Below, piece after piece: positions 1-13,469 of a stretch of DNA of 64,000 bases. Source of the DNA: the human T2T-CHM13v2.0 reference genome, Homo sapiens. Positions within the stretch are counted from its first letter, which is position 1, and every line of letters starts with the position of its first letter. The stretch lies in assembly GCF_009914755.1 (NCBI RefSeq), contig NC_060928.1. One strand, written 5' to 3'. The position numbers and the translations under genes are program-made. Below the pieces are notes generated by a model that worked only from the letters and a program-made list of their open reading frames with translations, was not told where the DNA came from and did not search any database.

Positions 1-1650
1 GAAAGAAAGGAACTACAAAATAGTTAGAAAATAATTAACAATATGGCAATATCTAGTCCTGCCTATCAATAATAACTTTAAATGTAAATTGATTAAATTA
101 TTTTATCAAAAGACAGAGTGACTGAGTGGGTTAAAAAAAAGAAAAACCATTTATATGGTATCTACAAAAGACTCACTTTAGCTTTAAGGACACGCATAGG
201 CTGAAAATGGAAAGGTGGAAAAAGATATTTTATCCCAATGATAACCATGGTAGTTGTATTTATATTAGACAAAGTAGTCTTTATGACAAAAACTATCATA
301 AGAGATACGTCATATAAACAAGCATATAAACCAATGGAGCAGAATCGAGAGCCTGGAAATAAGCTCATGCATATATGCTCAACTAATCTTCAAGAACAGC
401 ACCAAGAATAAAGTAAGGGAAAAGATAGTCTTTTCAATAAATGTTGTTGGGAAAGCTGGATATCCACATGCAAAAGAATAAATTTGAACTTTTATCCTAC
501 CCCATACACAACAATAAACTCAAAATGGAATAAAGAAGTACATGTAAGATCCCAAAAGAAAACATACAGAAAAAGCTTCCTCACATTGATCTTGGCCATG
601 GTTTTTTTGGTTATGACATCACAAGCAAAGACAATGACAGCAAAAATTAAGTGAGATTGCATCAAACCATAAAGCTTCTACACAGCAAAGGAAACAATCA
701 ACATAATCAAAGTTAACCTAAAAAATGCAAGAAAATATTTGCAAAATATATATTTGATAAGGGGTTAATATTCAATGTGTGTATGAAACTCCTATAACTC
801 AATAGTAAAAAAGCAAATAAACTGGTTAAAAAATAGCCAAAGGACCTGAACAAACATTTCTCTAAATGTACAAATGGCCAACAGGTATCTGAAAAGGTGT
901 TCAATATCACTAATTATTATGGACATTTAAATTAAAACCACAATTTGCTATCACCTCACACTTGTTCAAATGGTCATTATTAAAACTGCAAAAAATAACA
1001 AGTGTTGGTGAGGTGTAGAGAAATTGGAACCCTGTGCATTGTGAGTGAAGATGTAAACTGGTGCTACCGCTATGGAAAACAGTATGGAGGCCTCTCAAAA
1101 AATTAAAGATAAAGTTACCATATTGTATTAGTCTGTTCTTACACTGCTATAAAGATGCTATCTGAGACTGGGTAATTTATAAAGGAAAGTGGTTTAATTG
1201 ACTCACAGTTCCACATGGCTGGGGAAGCCTCAGGAAACTTACAATCATGGTGGAAGGTGAAGGAGAAGCAAGCACCTTCTTTACAAGGCAGCAGGAGAGA
1301 GAGAGTGCACAAGGAAAACGGCCACTTTTAAACCATCAGATCTCATGAGAACTCCCTCACTATCACGAGAACACGGTAAGGAAAACCGCCCCATGATCCA
1401 GTCACTTTCCTCCGGCACCCTCCCTCAACATGTGGGGATTAGACTCAGAGATGAGATTTGGGTGGGGACACAGAGCCAAACCATATCAGATATGATCCAG
1501 CAGTCTGGCTTCTGGGTATATATCCAAAGGAATTGAAATCACGATGTGGAGATATCTGTACTTTTTTGTTCATTACAGCATTTTTCAGAGTAGCCAAGAT
1601 ACGGAAACAAGCTAAATGCGAATTGATGGATGAATAGATAAGAAGCATGT
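1..1650 (+). mobile_element. Old L1 (L1M-type) ORF2 fragment, internally deleted at ~315 and interrupted by a THE1 LTR
   Basis: ORF2-start-like text (ctatcaataataactttaaatgtaaat...aaaagacagagtg) followed by ORF2 C-terminal text (tcaataaatgttgttgggaaagctggatatccacatgcaaaagaat). L1 resumes after the LTR at gatatgatccagca. Confidence 0.85.
1124..1488 (-). mobile_element. THE1 solo LTR (THE1D-like, MaLR)
   Basis: Termini tgtattagtc...ccaaaccatatca, 365 bp. 5-bp TSD catat (1119-1123) / gatat (1489-1493). Confidence 0.92.
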
Positions 1651-2839
1651 GATGTGTATATATATTATGTGTGGAGGGAAACATGGAGCATGACCTAACA
1701 CAGCTACCAGCATTGATTTGTGAGTTTTGTCTCAAAACCCTTCGCGCATATTTTCTGTGTCTTATTTTTTGGGGGCACATTCTCCTACACTTAAGCATAC
1801 GTACAGGGAAATACTATATGTTAATGGTTTTCCAAATCACGAGTTTGTTTTTATATAGTTATTTAGTTATTTTATTAACCGAGTCTGGTATCTACTGCAA
1901 ATATGATTATATATTTTCTTCATTCCTACTCCACCTGTTGGGTTAGGAAGCTATGTCTTAGGAAATGAAAGCGGTGGATATAAATGGTCCCTTATTTTGT
2001 CATTTCTACTCTATGATTCTGTGTGGGTGGAACTGGCTATCTGTAGAACTTGATGCAAATAGCTGCTGAGGCTTCCAAGGCTATGTCACTTACCAAACTC
2101 CCTTCTGGGCAAGAACTCTGGAGAGGTATGTATCAGTTTGCAGCATGCTCTTTGGTTTTGGCAGGTATTCTTCACAGTTTACAGTTTGGGACTATTCATA
2201 GTTTGACCAGTTTTCTATCCTTTTTTCTTTGTTATTTTGTAGGCACAGCTAGTGTAGTGAAATCAAAACAGTTTTATCATGCCATGTTTTGCCAGAAATC
2301 CCGTTTTAATTAGGCAAGAGATTGAAAGGGATATTTTATATTTACTTCTTTCAGAGTACTTGCAATGAAACAAAAGTAGAGTTACTTTTAACTTGTATAG
2401 CTTTTAATTCTTTCTGCATGTCAGTGGGGCTCAATCAATAACAACATAAAGAGAATGAATTTAATAAATCTAAATGGATGATGCTCTAATTTTGGATATA
2501 ACTAATGGAAAATGTAAATGACAGCTTAAACTTCCACATTGTTTATTAAACATGTGATAAATATAGCCTTTTCCCTGCATAGTACTCCTGAGGAATCTTC
2601 TCATCTGGAGACTCATATAAAATTATGATAATATTTTCCCTTTTCCCTGAACAATCTTCTCTTTAAAAAATCCTTAGATGCTTAATCGGCTCAACAGTAT
2701 ATTAAGAATAAATGGCTTCCCTAGGGCTATGGAGCGGAAATGAAAGTATTATGAGTATTAGGACTAGCAGGAATATTTGGGTCATAAATGGAAATGTCAC
2801 AGTCTCCTGGAACTGTTTGCTTTGCATATTTATGATTTT

Positions 2840-3350
2840 AGTTATTTATACCTAGCTTTGTTTTTAAAAGGATTTCAGACAGCTTACCAAAGTATAGACA
2901 ATAAAAACAAATAAGTGAGGGAATCAAGGTAAAGACAATATATTACGGAAAAAACAAGATGAAACAAGGAGTGAGTGAATATAACATTTGCTGCAAGATT
3001 CAATCTACTTACTAAAAGTGGGCTGGCTATCTGGCTCAGAGCTTTCTAGCAGCCAAAGTGAAGAGGGAAATGTAATTAGTTTCAAGATTCACAAACTCAT
3101 TAAGAGGTAATCCAGGCTGCCTCTCAGGAGACCTGCCCAGTAATCCTGGTATTAAAATACCAGGTTTAAATGTAATGACTTGTTTTCTTGACAACATAGG
3201 TAGGGTAAATAAAACAACAAATTTCACAGAGAAATTTCTTGGAATCTTCTTTAATAAGTTCAATGGCATAACACTAAAGAAGAATTCATTTAAAATTTAT
3301 TCCAGCAGAGACTAGAATGGTACCATTCAGGTACAGACTCCTACTGGTCT
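2840..3350 (-). mobile_element. Possible ancient L4 (RTE-X) LINE fragment
   Basis: Segments ttatacctagctttgtttttaaaaggatttcagacagcttac and ctggctcagagctttctagcagccaaag resemble remembered L4_Mam consensus. Highly diverged. Confidence 0.4.
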
Positions 3351-3827
3351 GTAGAGTCTTAGAGTATTCAAAGGAAGTGAAGAATTATGTATACATTTCA
3401 CAAATGATATCTTTACATTTTAGTCATTGTTTTAAATATGATACATGTGCATTAAAAATCAAGTAATATGAATTAAGTTTTAAAAACCCCACCCACCTTT
3501 ACTCTCCAGGAATACTCATTATTAAAAATTTGGATTTTTTTCTTTATATAAACAAAAATATTAATGTACAAGTGTGTGTGCACATAAACACACCGGCACA
3601 CCCCTGAGACTAGAGTTAAATTCTAGTTTCCACCACTCGCAAATTTAGAGGCATCATTTTTTAGTCACATACTTGGTGTAGGATGCAGCTGCGGGTCCAC
3701 ATGGACCAACAGGATAATTTTGTTTAGACAGAGTGCTCTTCATGCAGATGACTCCAAATAGACACCTGCCAGGGCATTTACTTAGGGATGCTGCAGTGGA
3801 GCAGCTGGTGAGGTCAAGCTCTGTTTC

Positions 3828-4170
3828 ACCTATGGTCTGAATGTTTATGTCCTCCTACAATTCGTATGTTGAGATCCTCACCCTCAAGGTGATGGTGTTA
3901 GGAGATGGGGCTTTTGAAAGATGATTAGGTCATGGGGGCAGAGTCCTCATGAATGTAATTAGTGCCCTTACAAAAGAGACCCCTTACCCCTTCTACCATG
4001 TGAAGACACAGTGAGAAGACAACATCCATGGATCATGAAACAGGCCTTTGCCAGACATTGAATCTGCTGGTGTCTTGATCTTGAACTTCCCATCCTCCAG
4101 AACTTGAGAAATAAGTTTCTGTAGTTTATAAGCTACTCAATTTATAGTGTTTTGTTATAGCCACTCATAA
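3828..4170 (+). mobile_element. MLT1A-type solo LTR (MaLR)
   Basis: ctatggtctgaatgtttatgtcc start, gattaggtcatg...cctcatgaatg core, cttgatcttgaacttcccatcctccagaac, and tttgttatagc end. Confidence 0.88.
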
Positions 4171-4489
4171 TTGTAGTAGGATTTACTTACAAAATTCATA
4201 GTCAAACTTCCTAATTTTAAAATTCTTTATTATTTAAATTTTTTTAAATTACTAATTTCTTTGCCTGTGATTGGAAGTTTCAGAACATGCAACATCTATG
4301 ATGTCTGCCTTTCAGGGCAGATAACACAGTAGTAATAGTGGATCAAAGGAAGTTACAAATGTAGAGATTGAAAAATAAAAAATGAACAGAGATTAGGAAA
4401 AAATAAGTTAGAGGGAAAAATAAATATCAAATTCTAAGGGTAAAAATATTTTTAAAGAAAATAAAAGCAGGAAAATAATGTTTTTAAAC

Positions 4490-5673
4490 ATTTCTTTTTT
4501 TAGTTTCAATCATGGGAGTACCTGTGCAAATTTGTCACAAGTGTATGTTGCCTGGTGCTAAGGTTTGGGCTTCTATTGATCCCATAACCCAGATAGTGAA
4601 CATAATACCCAATGAAAAGTTTTGTGGCCCTTGGCCCCTCCCTCCTTCCATTATTTTGGAGTCCCCTGTGTTTATTGTTCCCATCTCCATGTCTGTGTGA
4701 GCCAAAGATTTTGCTGCCACTTATAAGTGAGTAGTATTTGCTTTTCTATTTGTCTGTTATCTTGTTTAGGATAATGGCCTCCAACTACATCTGTGTTCCT
4801 GCAAAAGATATGATTTCATTCTTTTTTATGGCTGCATAGTATTTCATGGTGTATATGTACCATATTTTCTTTATCCAATCTACCATTGATGGGCACCTAT
4901 GTTGATTCTATCTTTTTGCTATTATGAATAGTGCTGTGATGAACATGATTACATATGTATTTTTGGTAGAATGATTTATTTTCTTTTGTATATATATATC
5001 CAGTAATGGTATTGTTGGGCCAAATGGCAGTTCACGTTTTAGTTCTTTGAGAAACCTTCAAACTGCTTTCCACAGTGGTTGGACTAATTTGCATTCCTGC
5101 CAACAGTGTATAAGCATTTCCTTTTCTCTACAACCTCACTGACATATTATTATTATTATTATTATTTTACTTTTCAGTAATAGCCATTCTGACTGGTGTG
5201 AGATAGTTATCTTGTGCTTTTGATTTGGATCTCTCTGATAATTAGTGATTTGGAGCATTTTTTCATGTTCACGTCCTTTGCCCACTTTTTAAATGAGGCT
5301 CTTTATTTTTTTCTTGTTAAGTGCTTTATAGATTCTGGATATTAGGACTTTGTTAGATGCATAGTTGGCAAATATTTTCTCTCATTGTGTAGGTTATCTG
5401 TTTACTTTGTTGATAATTTCTTTTGCTGTGAAGAAGCTTTTTTGTTTAACTAGTTCCCATTTGCCTATTTTTCATTTTGTTGCATTTGCTTATGGGTTCT
5501 TCATGATAAACTATTTGTGTAAACTAATGCCTAGAAGAGTATCTCTTAGGCTTTCTGCTAGAATTTTTATAGTTTGAGGTCTTACATTTAAGTCTTTAAT
5601 CCATCTTGAGTTAATTTTTGTGTATGGTGAAAGGTAGGAGTCCAGTTTCATTCTTCTGCAAATGGTTAACCAG
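4490..5673 (-). mobile_element. 5'-truncated L1 (old L1PA/L1PB) 3' end
   Basis: Antisense 3'UTR and ORF2 end (ttttttatggctgcatagtatt..., tctttaatccatcttgagttaattt). Similar A-rich flanks at ~4459 and ~5677 may be a decayed TSD. Confidence 0.92.
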
Positions 5674-7299
5674 TGGAAAATAAAAAAACAGGCAAATAGT
5701 TACTAAAGTAAGGATAAGGAGATAACAAATATTACAATATAAATTAAAAGGAAAAGTCATACAAAAATAATACCAAGTAAACAAGCTAGAGTTTTAGAAA
5801 TCAAAACAAAACAAAAAGTTAATATTTTTGGATAGAAATTATATTCAAGCAAGAAAAGAAAGTAGAAAAATGTAAAGAATGGGAAAAAGGAAAAGACAGA
5901 CAGACAGGTGACTACTGTAGGTAAGTAACTAGAGTTCTTAAGAAAATCCTGAGATGGCTCTCTGGCTAGCTCCTTCCAGGGAAAGAACAAAGATGACTGA
6001 CTCTAATATGATGCCCTTAAACTCTGGCACTTTAACTCAAACCTGCAGGCACAAACTTGTAGGCACTCTCTCATAATCTCAGGGGTGGTGGTTTTTTATT
6101 TCAAACAGGCGGTAGTCTGTTGTGGTGTTTCTGGGTGGTCCATGTAGCTATTAACATTGCCTTTAAATACCTTTCACATAACTGTACTATTGGAGTATTA
6201 TAAGAAGTTGGAGAAAAATCACAAACATCCATAGAATTTATAAGCTGTTCAGTAATCCACAGCAAGGAATGTCACTTCACCATTGACGGTAATAGTTGGC
6301 ATATTCATTGGAATTGTCTCTAAAGTAAACTTTAGAGCAATCTGCTTTGGATTTCTCACTTTATAAAAATGATTCAATATTTTTAAAATATAGACCAGAA
6401 AACAAAAAAAAGAAAGAAATAAATAAATGAGAAAAAAGAAAGAAGAAAAAGAAAATGAAAAAAAGAAAGGAAGTAGTAGAAAATGCCTTTTCAAGGCCAT
6501 GGTTCTAATCAGTGTACATCTGTAGATAGTAATGCCATTTTTCCATTATTGATTTTTGTATTGGGGGACAACATTCTTGAAGGTATAACTGCAATAGTAA
6601 GTAAGTATGACTGCAAAATTCAGTAGCCCTTGCTATGCTTTGCTTCTGAGTCTCTGCTTCATTTGTTCTAAGAATTGCCCAAAATAACATGAGAGAATAG
6701 TATCAAAAACTACTCAGTGTGGACTTGAATGCCATAAAACTCTAGACAAATAAACTGTTTTAGTGAAATTTGTCATAACATGGACAAACTAGTGAAATTT
6801 TTCATAACATATTCTCTCCAATGTGAACTGATACTTCATCTGTGGTGTGATCATACGTGTGCGTGTGTAGCTTCCACCTTGGTATGCTTATGCTTTATGG
6901 ACTTTTGTACCTTTGGCAACAAATGTTATTACATCTACTTTCCCATGGCTTTCCCCTACTGTGAGTGGAGTGGGAAATAAAATATGCTTTTTTAACTTCC
7001 CTTGGGCTTTAAATAAAGTTAGACTATGACTAGGCAACCAGCAACGGGAAACAATGAGAAACAAATGGCAAATTCTCGCAAGTCAAGTCCTTCCTGTAAG
7101 GTCAACTCTAGCACATGCACTGCATAGCAGCTAATAATAATAAAAAAGAAACAAGCAAAGCCCTGCAAGCCTTTTGCTATTTACTGCTATTTCCTCTGCC
7201 CTCCACATTGGAGGCTTTGTATCCCTGGGACATATGTAGTTGTCAATGTTAATCTTATTTAGTAGGTGAAAACATGAAAATTAATGTAAACTGATTTAC

Positions 7300-7395
7300 A
7301 TAACTGTGAGTTCCTTAAGGATAGGAATTGTATTCTATTGGTACTTTGAATCTCCAGACAGAGAACAATGCCTAACTTATGTTAGTTGCCCAAGA
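7300..7395 (+). mobile_element. L2 3' end fragment
   Basis: ctgtgagttccttaaggatagga...acaatgcctaacttatgttagttgcc resembles the L2 3' terminus. Confidence 0.6.
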
Positions 7396-7794
7396 ACAAC
7401 ATAATCCCACCTTCATATACTTGTAGCACACAGATACACTGTTCTGCCAACCCCTATCATGAAGAAGATAAAAAATAGTGCTATAGACACAAAACTCTGA
7501 ACTCTCCACAAAACATATAGCTCTTTCAGGGTTGTCACCTCTCTACTTGTTCCAGGTTGGGAAATGTTTTGGAGAATATGAAAACATCTTGATTTTCAGA
7601 TGATGCACGCCAAAAAGATTTGTATGAGAAATAGTAATATGGGACCAAAGTATCCAATCAGGAAATCTTATTATTTTGTCTTTAATAATTTTTACTTTGG
7701 GAATTAATAAACAAAACAATTTTCAATAGAATTAACAATCCATGAGATGCAACATAGTGAGTGAAAAAAGCCTGGAGTCATTTAGAGTCACCTG

Positions 7795-8140
7795 ATATTT
7801 GCTGAATTGTCTATTATATGTCAGGCTTGTGCTAAGCTTTGGTAATATTGAAATGAGTTAGACAGATATGGTCCCTGTCCTCATAGAGCTGACATTTTAG
7901 AGGAGGAAATAGGCAAAAGCCAACCAACTAAACAATATCTTAAGTGGTTCACAGGAAAGAAACATGGTGCTGAGATGGGGCAGGGCAGTGGAGGAGGGAG
8001 TTCCAGAGGGAACCTCCTAGGACCTGACTAGGTAACAAAGGCTGAGATCAGAAGGGATCCCAGACTCTGGAGAGGAATATTCCAGAACCATGAACTTACA
8101 GAAGCAAACGTTTTGAGATGGGAAAGAATTTGCATGTTAG
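7795..8140 (-). mobile_element. L2 fragment
   Basis: atttgctgaattgtctattatatgtcaggcttgtgctaag...ggtccctgtcctcatagagctgac, antisense L2 3' region. Confidence 0.7.
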
Positions 8141-8179
8141 ATCTAGGTCTCAATATAAACATGGTCATTTATGAGCATA

Positions 8180-8320
8180 AGCTGGCAATTTCCTTTATCT
8201 AAGACTCTTAGTTTCACATTTGTAAATTCAAAATAATAATGCCTATGTTGAAAGTTGATGTGAAAGTTAAAGCTTTCTGTGGCAAAGTGCCCAAGACATT
8301 GTAGACCTTCAGAAAATGTT
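8180..8320 (+). mobile_element. MIR fragment
   Basis: cttagtttcacatttgtaaattcaaaataataat...gatgtgaaagttaaa MIR core. Confidence 0.6.
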
Positions 8321-9092
8321 GTTTCTCTTTTCTGCCAATATTTTATAACTTCAGATGAATTCCTTACAAAAGTCATAGCAATAACAGCAACAATAAAATG
8401 TTAACACTTCCCAAAGATGTGTCATTTTTTTTCCAAGTAGCACTTACTGTAAAAAAAAAAAATCCAACTCTTGGAGGCTTTAAACAGGATTCAGCTGTAC
8501 CCTAACAACTGTGAAGGTCACAGATTACCATGCCTATTTTTTAATCCAAGTATATTTCAGTGACTGCAAAAAATCAAAAAGGAAATATAACAGATTGAAT
8601 TCTTTACTTGGTAAGTTTTCAGCAATAGATTAGTGTGTATTTAATGGACTTTTCAGCATGAGCTAATTTAATCTCTTTTACACTAAACAGACTCTTATAC
8701 AAGACTTCGCAATGCTGCTGTATCACCATCAGGATTATTTTACTATCTATAGACATTTTACGTTTTAAACAGCCCTACAAAAACATGTGTCTGTTTATAC
8801 GACCTTTCATAACTATTTCAGTTGGGTTTTGTCAACCAATTGTAATCCTTGTTTTCTTAACAAGAAAGCAATCTTCCCATTCTTGAAGGAAGTACATTTC
8901 ATGCATTAAACTATTAGAGCAATTTAAGTCTTGAGTGAACTCTGTTCACCAAAACATATTCCTCTGAGACAAAACCACAGCCATAAATTGACCCACAAAA
9001 AAGTAATCCCTGGGATTAGTATCTGTACAGCTTCATGTTCTGCTGAAAAACAAATGAGCAAACAGGAGCACTCCTCATAACATGCATCCTCA

Positions 9093-9093
9093 A

Positions 9094-9144
<51 letters not shown>
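9093..9144. repeat. (CA)n microsatellite
   Basis: About 19 uninterrupted AC units (9101-9138) plus imperfect flanks. Confidence 0.98.
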
Positions 9145-9145
<1 letters not shown>

Positions 9146-10779
9146 GAGGGCCGTGGCATAAACCAGAACCGACATGGTGGCTGTCATGATTGCATAAAGG
9201 GTTGAGGATATAAATCAGCTCTGGGTTCACAGGACCCTAGATCCCTTGAGTATCTGGAAAAAGACATGTTTTTTCCTAGGAATGTTCTACTCTGTCTTGG
9301 ATGTAAATTGGAGGTAGCTATGTTCTCTTGCCACTGAGACCTCTAGTTAGCAAGGTTGAGGTTGCTAGGAAGAATTAATGGGGGAGAAACCATATAGGTT
9401 TGCAGAGGAGTGAAAATTGCAATTTGGAGCTTGTGGTGGTGCTAAAGAGAAGAAAAGTGGAAAACAAGAAGTTTGCTTGACGGGAGAACATGGAAACTCA
9501 GCAGAAACCAAAATTGTGGCATAGGTAAAATAAAGCAAACTGAAATAACTCATTGTAGGCAAAGCTAGGGTGAGTTATCTGGGTTTAAAAAATACTATTT
9601 TAAGAGAATGAGAAAATAATATATTTGGTTTAAATTATTCTGAGGAATGTGGAAATTGTTTCTAATAAGGGAAAATGAAAGGAGATACCTGTGGATTGAG
9701 ATTAAAGGTGATTTTTTAAAAAAATTTGATACCTGTGAAGACTCAGAGTGACTGAGTAAGATAAATATTACCTTTGTCTTTGGCCAGCCAAATTTATGTT
9801 CCCGTTTTTTCTTTACTAGTGACATTTCTTTCTTGAAATTCTTGCCTAGAATGCCCCTTATCTCTCCATTTATCTAAATTTCTTGCTTCCTGTTAAAGTC
9901 TTTCCTCCTCTGTTGAATTTCTTTTACTGACTCTATTCTCAGTAATCTTGCCTTCCTCTGACTTTCCTTAGCTACTCTTTATTATTGAGCTGTAAATCCT
10001 AGCTGAATCTAAAAGGTGAAATAGACTGGTTGTGAAATTGGTAGAATGATGGTCCCTTTTGGGTACCATGTGCAAGAATTGTTAAGTTTTTGTTTCGGGA
10101 GCAGCAGGAGGGAGGAGTTTTGTGAAAGTTAAGTGGTGAAGACATGATCGCTATGTAGGGGATGGGATTGAATTTTTATTCTTCTAGCCTTTAGGATAGA
10201 TTTTGAGCCCAGTGGCAACAGAAGTGGAGGCTAGAAGCTGGAAGAACTGTAGTTATGAAAGACTTGTAGAGACGTTAGATACATGCAGCATCGCTTTGTG
10301 GCCCATCAGATCACTTATAGCATAGATTTTCATGAGAGGACAAGCTCCAATCATGCCTTCACCTCCTTCTCCAGCTACAGAATCCAGTGTTGTGTTGTTA
10401 CTTTAAGAGTCAGAAGGCCATTGGTGTGGGGTTGTTAAGCATGCCAGATTGTGCTCCATTGGATAGCACCAGGAGCAGAAGTGATGGAGTGGTACTCAGA
10501 TGAAGAAGACAGAGCTGAGGCACACAGTCAGGCGGGTCCCAAAAAAATGCAAGACCCCAAAGAAGACTCCCAGAAATGTATAGGGGAGATTCAGAAATAA
10601 AGGAGAAGGGGATGGGGGAGGGGCTTAATATCTTCGTAAGCAAATACAGGCTGCAAACCCTAATAATTTGGCATAAATATCAATATAATTTTATTTCTGA
10701 ACATAGGCTAGTATAGTCATTACCGTCTATTTCATTTACAACTTGCCAACATAATACAGTTTTCTCTTAAAGAAAAAAA

Positions 10780-12520
10780 CCTTTAGGATCAGTGGCACAT
10801 GTGCAAGTTTGTTACATCGATAAACTTGTGTCATGGGGATTTGTTGTACAGATTATTTCATCACCCAGGTACTAAGCCTAGTACCCAATTGTTATTTTTT
10901 CTGATCTTCTCACTCCTCCCACCTTGCACCCTCAAGTAGACCCAGGCTCTGTTGTTCCTCTCTTTGTGTCCATGTGTTCTCGTGGTTTAGCTCTTACTTA
11001 AAACTGAGAACATGTGGAATTTGGTTTTCTGTTTCCCTGTTAGTTTGCTAAAGATAATGGCCTCTGGATGAAGGACATGATCTCATTATTTTTTATGGCT
11101 GCATGGTATTCCATGGTGTATATCTAACACATTGTCTTTATCCAATCTGTCATCAATGGGCATTTAGGTTGACACCATGTCCTTCCTACTGTGAATGGTG
11201 TTGCAATGAACATATGCGTGCATGAGTATTTATGGTAAAATGATTTGTATTCCTTTGGATATACACCCAGTAGTGGGATTGCTGGGTTGAATGGTAGTTC
11301 TCTTTTTAGCTCTTTGAGGAATCACCACAATGCTTTCCACAGAGGCTGAATTAATTTACACTCCTACCAACAGCGTATAAGCATTCCTTTTTCTCTGTAA
11401 CCTTGCTAGCATCTGTTATTTTTAAACTTTTTAATAATAGCCATTCCGACTGGTGTGAGATGGTGTCTCATTGTGGTTTTGATTTGCATTTCTCTAATGA
11501 TCAGTGATGTTGAGCTTTTTTTCTTATGCTTCTTGGCCGCATGTATGTCTTCTTTTCAAAAGTGTCTATTTATGTCCTTTGCCCATTTTCTCACGGGCTT
11601 GTTTTTTGCTTGTGAATTTGTTTAGGTTCCATATAGATGCTGAATATTAGACCTTTGTCCTTTGTCAGATGCACAGTTTGCAAATATTTTCTCCCATTCT
11701 GTAGGTTGTTTGTTTACTCTGTTGATATTTTCTTTTGCTGTGCAGAAGCTCTTTCATTCAATTAGATCTCATTTGTCAATTTTTGCCTTTGTTGCAATTG
11801 CTACTGGCATCTTCATCATGAAATTTTTGCCAGATCCAACATCCAGAATGGTATAGCCTAGGTTGTCTTCCAGGTTTTTCACAGTTTTGTGTTTTACATT
11901 TAAGTCTTTAATAAATCTTGAGTTCTGTATATGATGTAAGGAAGGGGTTCAGTTTCAGTCTTCTGCATATGGCTAGCCAGTTATCTCAGCACCATTTATT
12001 GAATAGGGAGTCCTTTTTCCATTGCTTGTTTTTGTCAGGTTTGTTGAAGATCACATGGTGATCTGATCAGATGGTAGGTGTGTGGCCTTATTTCTGAATT
12101 CTCTATTCTGCTCCATTGGTCTATGTGTCTGTTTTTGTACCAGTACCATGCTGTTTTGGTTACCATGGCTCTGTAGTATAGTTTTAATTTGGGAACGTGA
12201 TGCCTCCACCTTTGTTCTTTATGCTTAGGATTGTCTTGGCTATTTGGGCACTTTTTTAGTTCCATATAAATTTTAAAACTTTTTTTTTCTAGTTCTGTGA
12301 AGAATGTCATTGGTAGTTTCATAGGAATAGCACTGAATGTGTAAATTGCTTTGGGCAGTATGTCCATTTTAATGATATTGATTCTTACTATCCATGAACA
12401 TGGAATATTTTTCCATTTGTTTGTGTCTTTGATTTCTTTGAGCAGTGTTTTGTAATTCTAATTACAGAGATGTTTCACCTCCCTGGTTAGCTGTATTCCT
12501 AGGTATTGTATTCTTTTTTG
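10780..12520 (-). mobile_element. 5'-truncated L1 (L1PA13-16-like)
   Basis: Antisense 3'UTR (cacatgtgcaagtttgttacat...) through ORF2. ORF 12035..12367 translates as L1 ORF2p ([15 protein letters not shown]). Decayed TSD taatacagttttctcttaaa (10752) / taatacattctttaaaa (12521). Confidence 0.95.
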
Positions 12521-12640
12521 TAATACATTCTTTAAAAGCCAGGTTCTATTAATTGTAATTAAAAGTAGCCAAATATGCATTTCTTTAAAAACACTGTAAT
12601 TAGGTTCAGGTCTTCACCAGAGATTTATCCAAGTTAGTGA

Positions 12641-13086
12641 CCATATAAGGTTTCTAGGTTTGCCATTAGGTGCCACAAATTGGGTGACTTAAACAGCAGA
12701 AATATTTTGTCTCCCAGTTCTGGAGGCTAGAAGGTCAAGATTAAGGTGTTGGTAGAATTTGTTCTGTCTGAGATCCGTACAGGAAAAGCTGTTCCATGCC
12801 TCTTTCTAGCTTCTGATGGTTTGCTGGCAATCTTTGGGGTTCGCTGGTTTGTAAGTCTCTGTTTTCATCTTCATATGACCTTCTTCCTGTGTGACTGTGT
12901 CCAAATTTCTCCTTTTTATAATGACATCATATATTTTGGATTAGGGGCCCACTGTACTCCAGTGTGGCCTTATTTTAAGTAATTACTTCTGCAACAACTC
13001 TATTTCCCAATAAGATCACATTCTGTGGTACTGGGAGTTAGGACTTCCATGTGTGATATTTGGGGCACACAATTCAATTTATAATA
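12641..13086 (-). mobile_element. MLT1C-like solo LTR
   Basis: ccacaaattgggtgacttaaacagcagaaat...cagttctggaggctagaag...gggcacacaattcaa antisense MLT1. Confidence 0.85.
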
Positions 13087-13469
13087 GCTAGACATAGTTA
13101 CAAACTGTAGATGAATTAGAATCTTTGGTCTGAGAATCTATGACTGGTGGTGGGGTTGGCAGAATGCTGTTCTTAAAGATGAAGTGCTCTAGGAATAGTT
13201 AAGTTATTGGCTATACCTCTGACCCAGTTTTTTTTTTTTTTCCTTTCTGGTGGCAGAAAGAGTAATCATGTAGGAAACAGACGTTTTCTGATTATTAGCT
13301 ATTATATTTTTTGAAATCCAAATGAGAGCACATGGTATAACACACACACAGACTGGTAATTGATAAAAATTTATGAAATTGGGCATAGATAATCTGGAGG
13401 CCCATGATTATCAAATCTGTAGTAGGCTGTTCATGAAAAAGAATTGTTTGTGATTCACATGATTCCAGG

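Noticed and set aside
3145-3164. Perfect 9-bp-stem palindrome cctggtatt-aa-aataccagg
   Set aside because: About one such stem is expected by chance in 64 kb of AT-rich DNA, and there is no supporting context.
6318-6337. Hairpin ctctaaagt-aa-actttagag, possible pre-miRNA
   Set aside because: Stem extends only a few bases further, too short for a miRNA precursor.
6761-6810. Direct repeat tagtgaaatt(tg/tt)tcataacat, period 29
   Set aside because: Two copies only: an ordinary local tandem duplication, not an array or CRISPR-like structure.
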